Assembly: GCF_006345805.1 (NCBI RefSeq)
Contig: NW_021836508.1
Span: forward strand, 1-23,916
DNA length: 23,916 nucleotides
Direction: 5' to 3'
Origin: Octopus sinensis
Taxonomy: Eukaryota
Shown here: piece by piece, positions 22,651 through 23,916 of the stretch
Layout of the letters: each line of letters starts with the position of its first letter
Numbering within the stretch: position 1 is the first letter of the stretch
The notes under the pieces: model-generated
What the model saw: only the letters and a program-made list of their open reading frames with translations
What the model was told of the DNA's origin: nothing
Databases searched by the model: none
Made by a program: the position numbers and the translations under genes

Positions 22651-23916
22651 TCACCACTTCGTTTGACGTCGGTTGTGTTTTTTTCGGCTCCTGAAAGTTC
22701 GGTAAAAAAGAGCAAAAGGCGTGGTTGTTGTTGTGGAAACTCTGAACGGCGTTGACGCGGTTTCGCGTTTCGCTCGTTCAGCGCGTTAAACTTTTTCGGT
22801 TCGGGAGGCCGTTTTTCGGTCTGAGGCGATTATGAGCCGCCTCCATCAAACGGAGGAGATGGAAGGGAGAAATTTCTCTGAAATTCCGACGGAAGTATTG
22901 ACATCTGAGGAGGAGTTGGCGGTGAAAAAGATGGAAGGCACCTACGCAGGTGTAACGAAGAAGTCAATGGAAAGAGAGATAGACCTGGCTAAGTTGACGG
23001 GCTTCCAGGAGTTTGTGAAGGAGGACGAGAACGGAGAGGTCGAGCTGCTGCCTCCAGTAGGGCGCGGAGACTGGTTCCATCGTAGAACCATTAAATATAA
23101 AGTATTTATGAATGGAGGTAGAAAGATGGAAGTAATTAACATGGAAGCAATTGAAGAGGCTCTCAAGCAGACAGGAGAGGAAATTGTGTACATGACAAAA
23201 GGATTACAATACGGAACTATAACGGTGCAATTTAAAAGTGAAAAAGTAGCCAGGAATGTAGCAGCCAAGGTGGTGAGTACAGAAAAGTTTTACTTGTTAC
23301 CCTCGTATCTGAATAGGCGGACAACCAGAATTAGGGTGGAAGGAATACCTCCACACCTAGAGGGCGAATTAATAACGGCTGCGGTTATAAAAGGAAATGA
23401 AGATAAAGTGGACATCCTCCACGCCATTATGAAGTATGAAGGCGTGAGAGGTGCCACACTAGTTATGAACATTCAAACGGAGGCGGATGTTATAGAGAGG
23501 ATTACGGACAGCATAAAAACTGGAAATATTATTATGAGAGTGTGGGTGGAGGGTAGGGCGCCCAGGTGCTACAAGTGTGGCCAAAGGGGTCACATAAGAG
23601 CCTACTGCCCTCCCCCACCAAAGGAAAAAGAAAAGGAAAGCGTTGAGGAAGCCTCAGGAGAGGAAGAAAATAAACAGAAACAAACAGAGAAAGAAACGAC
23701 AGAAGAAGAGGAGATGCAACAAGAGTGGAAAGAAGGGGGAACAAAGAGAAAAAGAAAGAAAAAGAAAAACTGTGCGAAGCCCCAACCCACCCCGACACCA
23801 CCCATACCCTTGGAGTCCCATCCTCCCCCTGCAAACAGTGATTCCACCCACTCCCCGCCTACAAGAAAATCAAAAAAAACAGACACACAGAGCAAAGAAA
23901 GTCCCAAGACCCATTT
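22651..23916 (+). mobile_element. ORF1-only element, copy C (runs off the window end)
   Basis: Same 5' end; nearly identical to copy B outside the hypermutated block and part of the 5' UTR. Confidence 0.9.
22832..23916 (+). CDS. ORF1 protein, unedited version, open to the window end (missing from the ORF track because it has no stop)
   Basis: MSRLHQTEE...YAGVTKK...QYGTITVQFKSE...LPSYLNRRTTRIRVEGIPP...CYKCGQRGHIRAYC. Confidence 0.85.
   Translation, partial: MSRLHQTEEMEGRNFSEIPTEVLTSEEELAVKKMEGTYAGVTKKSMEREIDLAKLTGFQEFVKEDENGEVELLPPVGRGDWFHRRTIKYKVFMNGGRKMEVINMEAIEEALKQTGEEIVYMTKGLQYGTITVQFKSEKVARNVAAKVVSTEKFYLLPSYLNRRTTRIRVEGIPPHLEGELITAAVIKGNEDKVDILHAIMKYEGVRGATLVMNIQTEADVIERITDSIKTGNIIMRVWVEGRAPRCYKCGQRGHIRAYCPPPPKEKEKESVEEASGEEENKQKQTEKETTEEEEMQQEWKEGGTKRKRKKKKNCAKPQPTPTPPIPLESHPPPANSDSTHSPPTRKSKKTDTQSKESPKTH

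Noticed and set aside
22926-23436. APOBEC-type G-to-A hypermutation of copy C
   Set aside because: Outgroup copy A supports the A state, C has no TGG-to-stop changes, and the context fits ADAR.
19677-23916. LTR retrotransposon or retroviral gag genes
   Set aside because: No LTRs, PBS or pol; LINE-type tail and RRM-like ORF1 organisation.

Overview
Repeat-rich, AT-rich animal genomic DNA, most likely octopus/coleoid cephalopod (inferred from the SINE families and dense microsatellites; not verified). It contains the decayed 3' end of an L1/Tx1-clade LINE, a full-length inactivated IR/DR-type Tc1 transposon, an old REL-endonuclease retrotransposon fragment, many tRNA-type SINEs (several with clear TSDs), palindromes and microsatellites. 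No confident host gene is present. The key region is 19.2-23.9 kb: a head-to-tail array of three ~1.7 kb ORF1-only ('half-LINE') retroelements encoding an RRM-like plus CCHC zinc-knuckle protein. They share their 3' tail with the local LINE and SINEs and appear to sit in a SINE head. The middle copy differs from its near-identical neighbour by about 80 A-to-G changes (no G-to-A) confined to ~510 bp, almost never after a G. This matches ADAR A-to-I hyper-editing of the RNA, fixed into the genome by reverse transcription, with the ORF still open.
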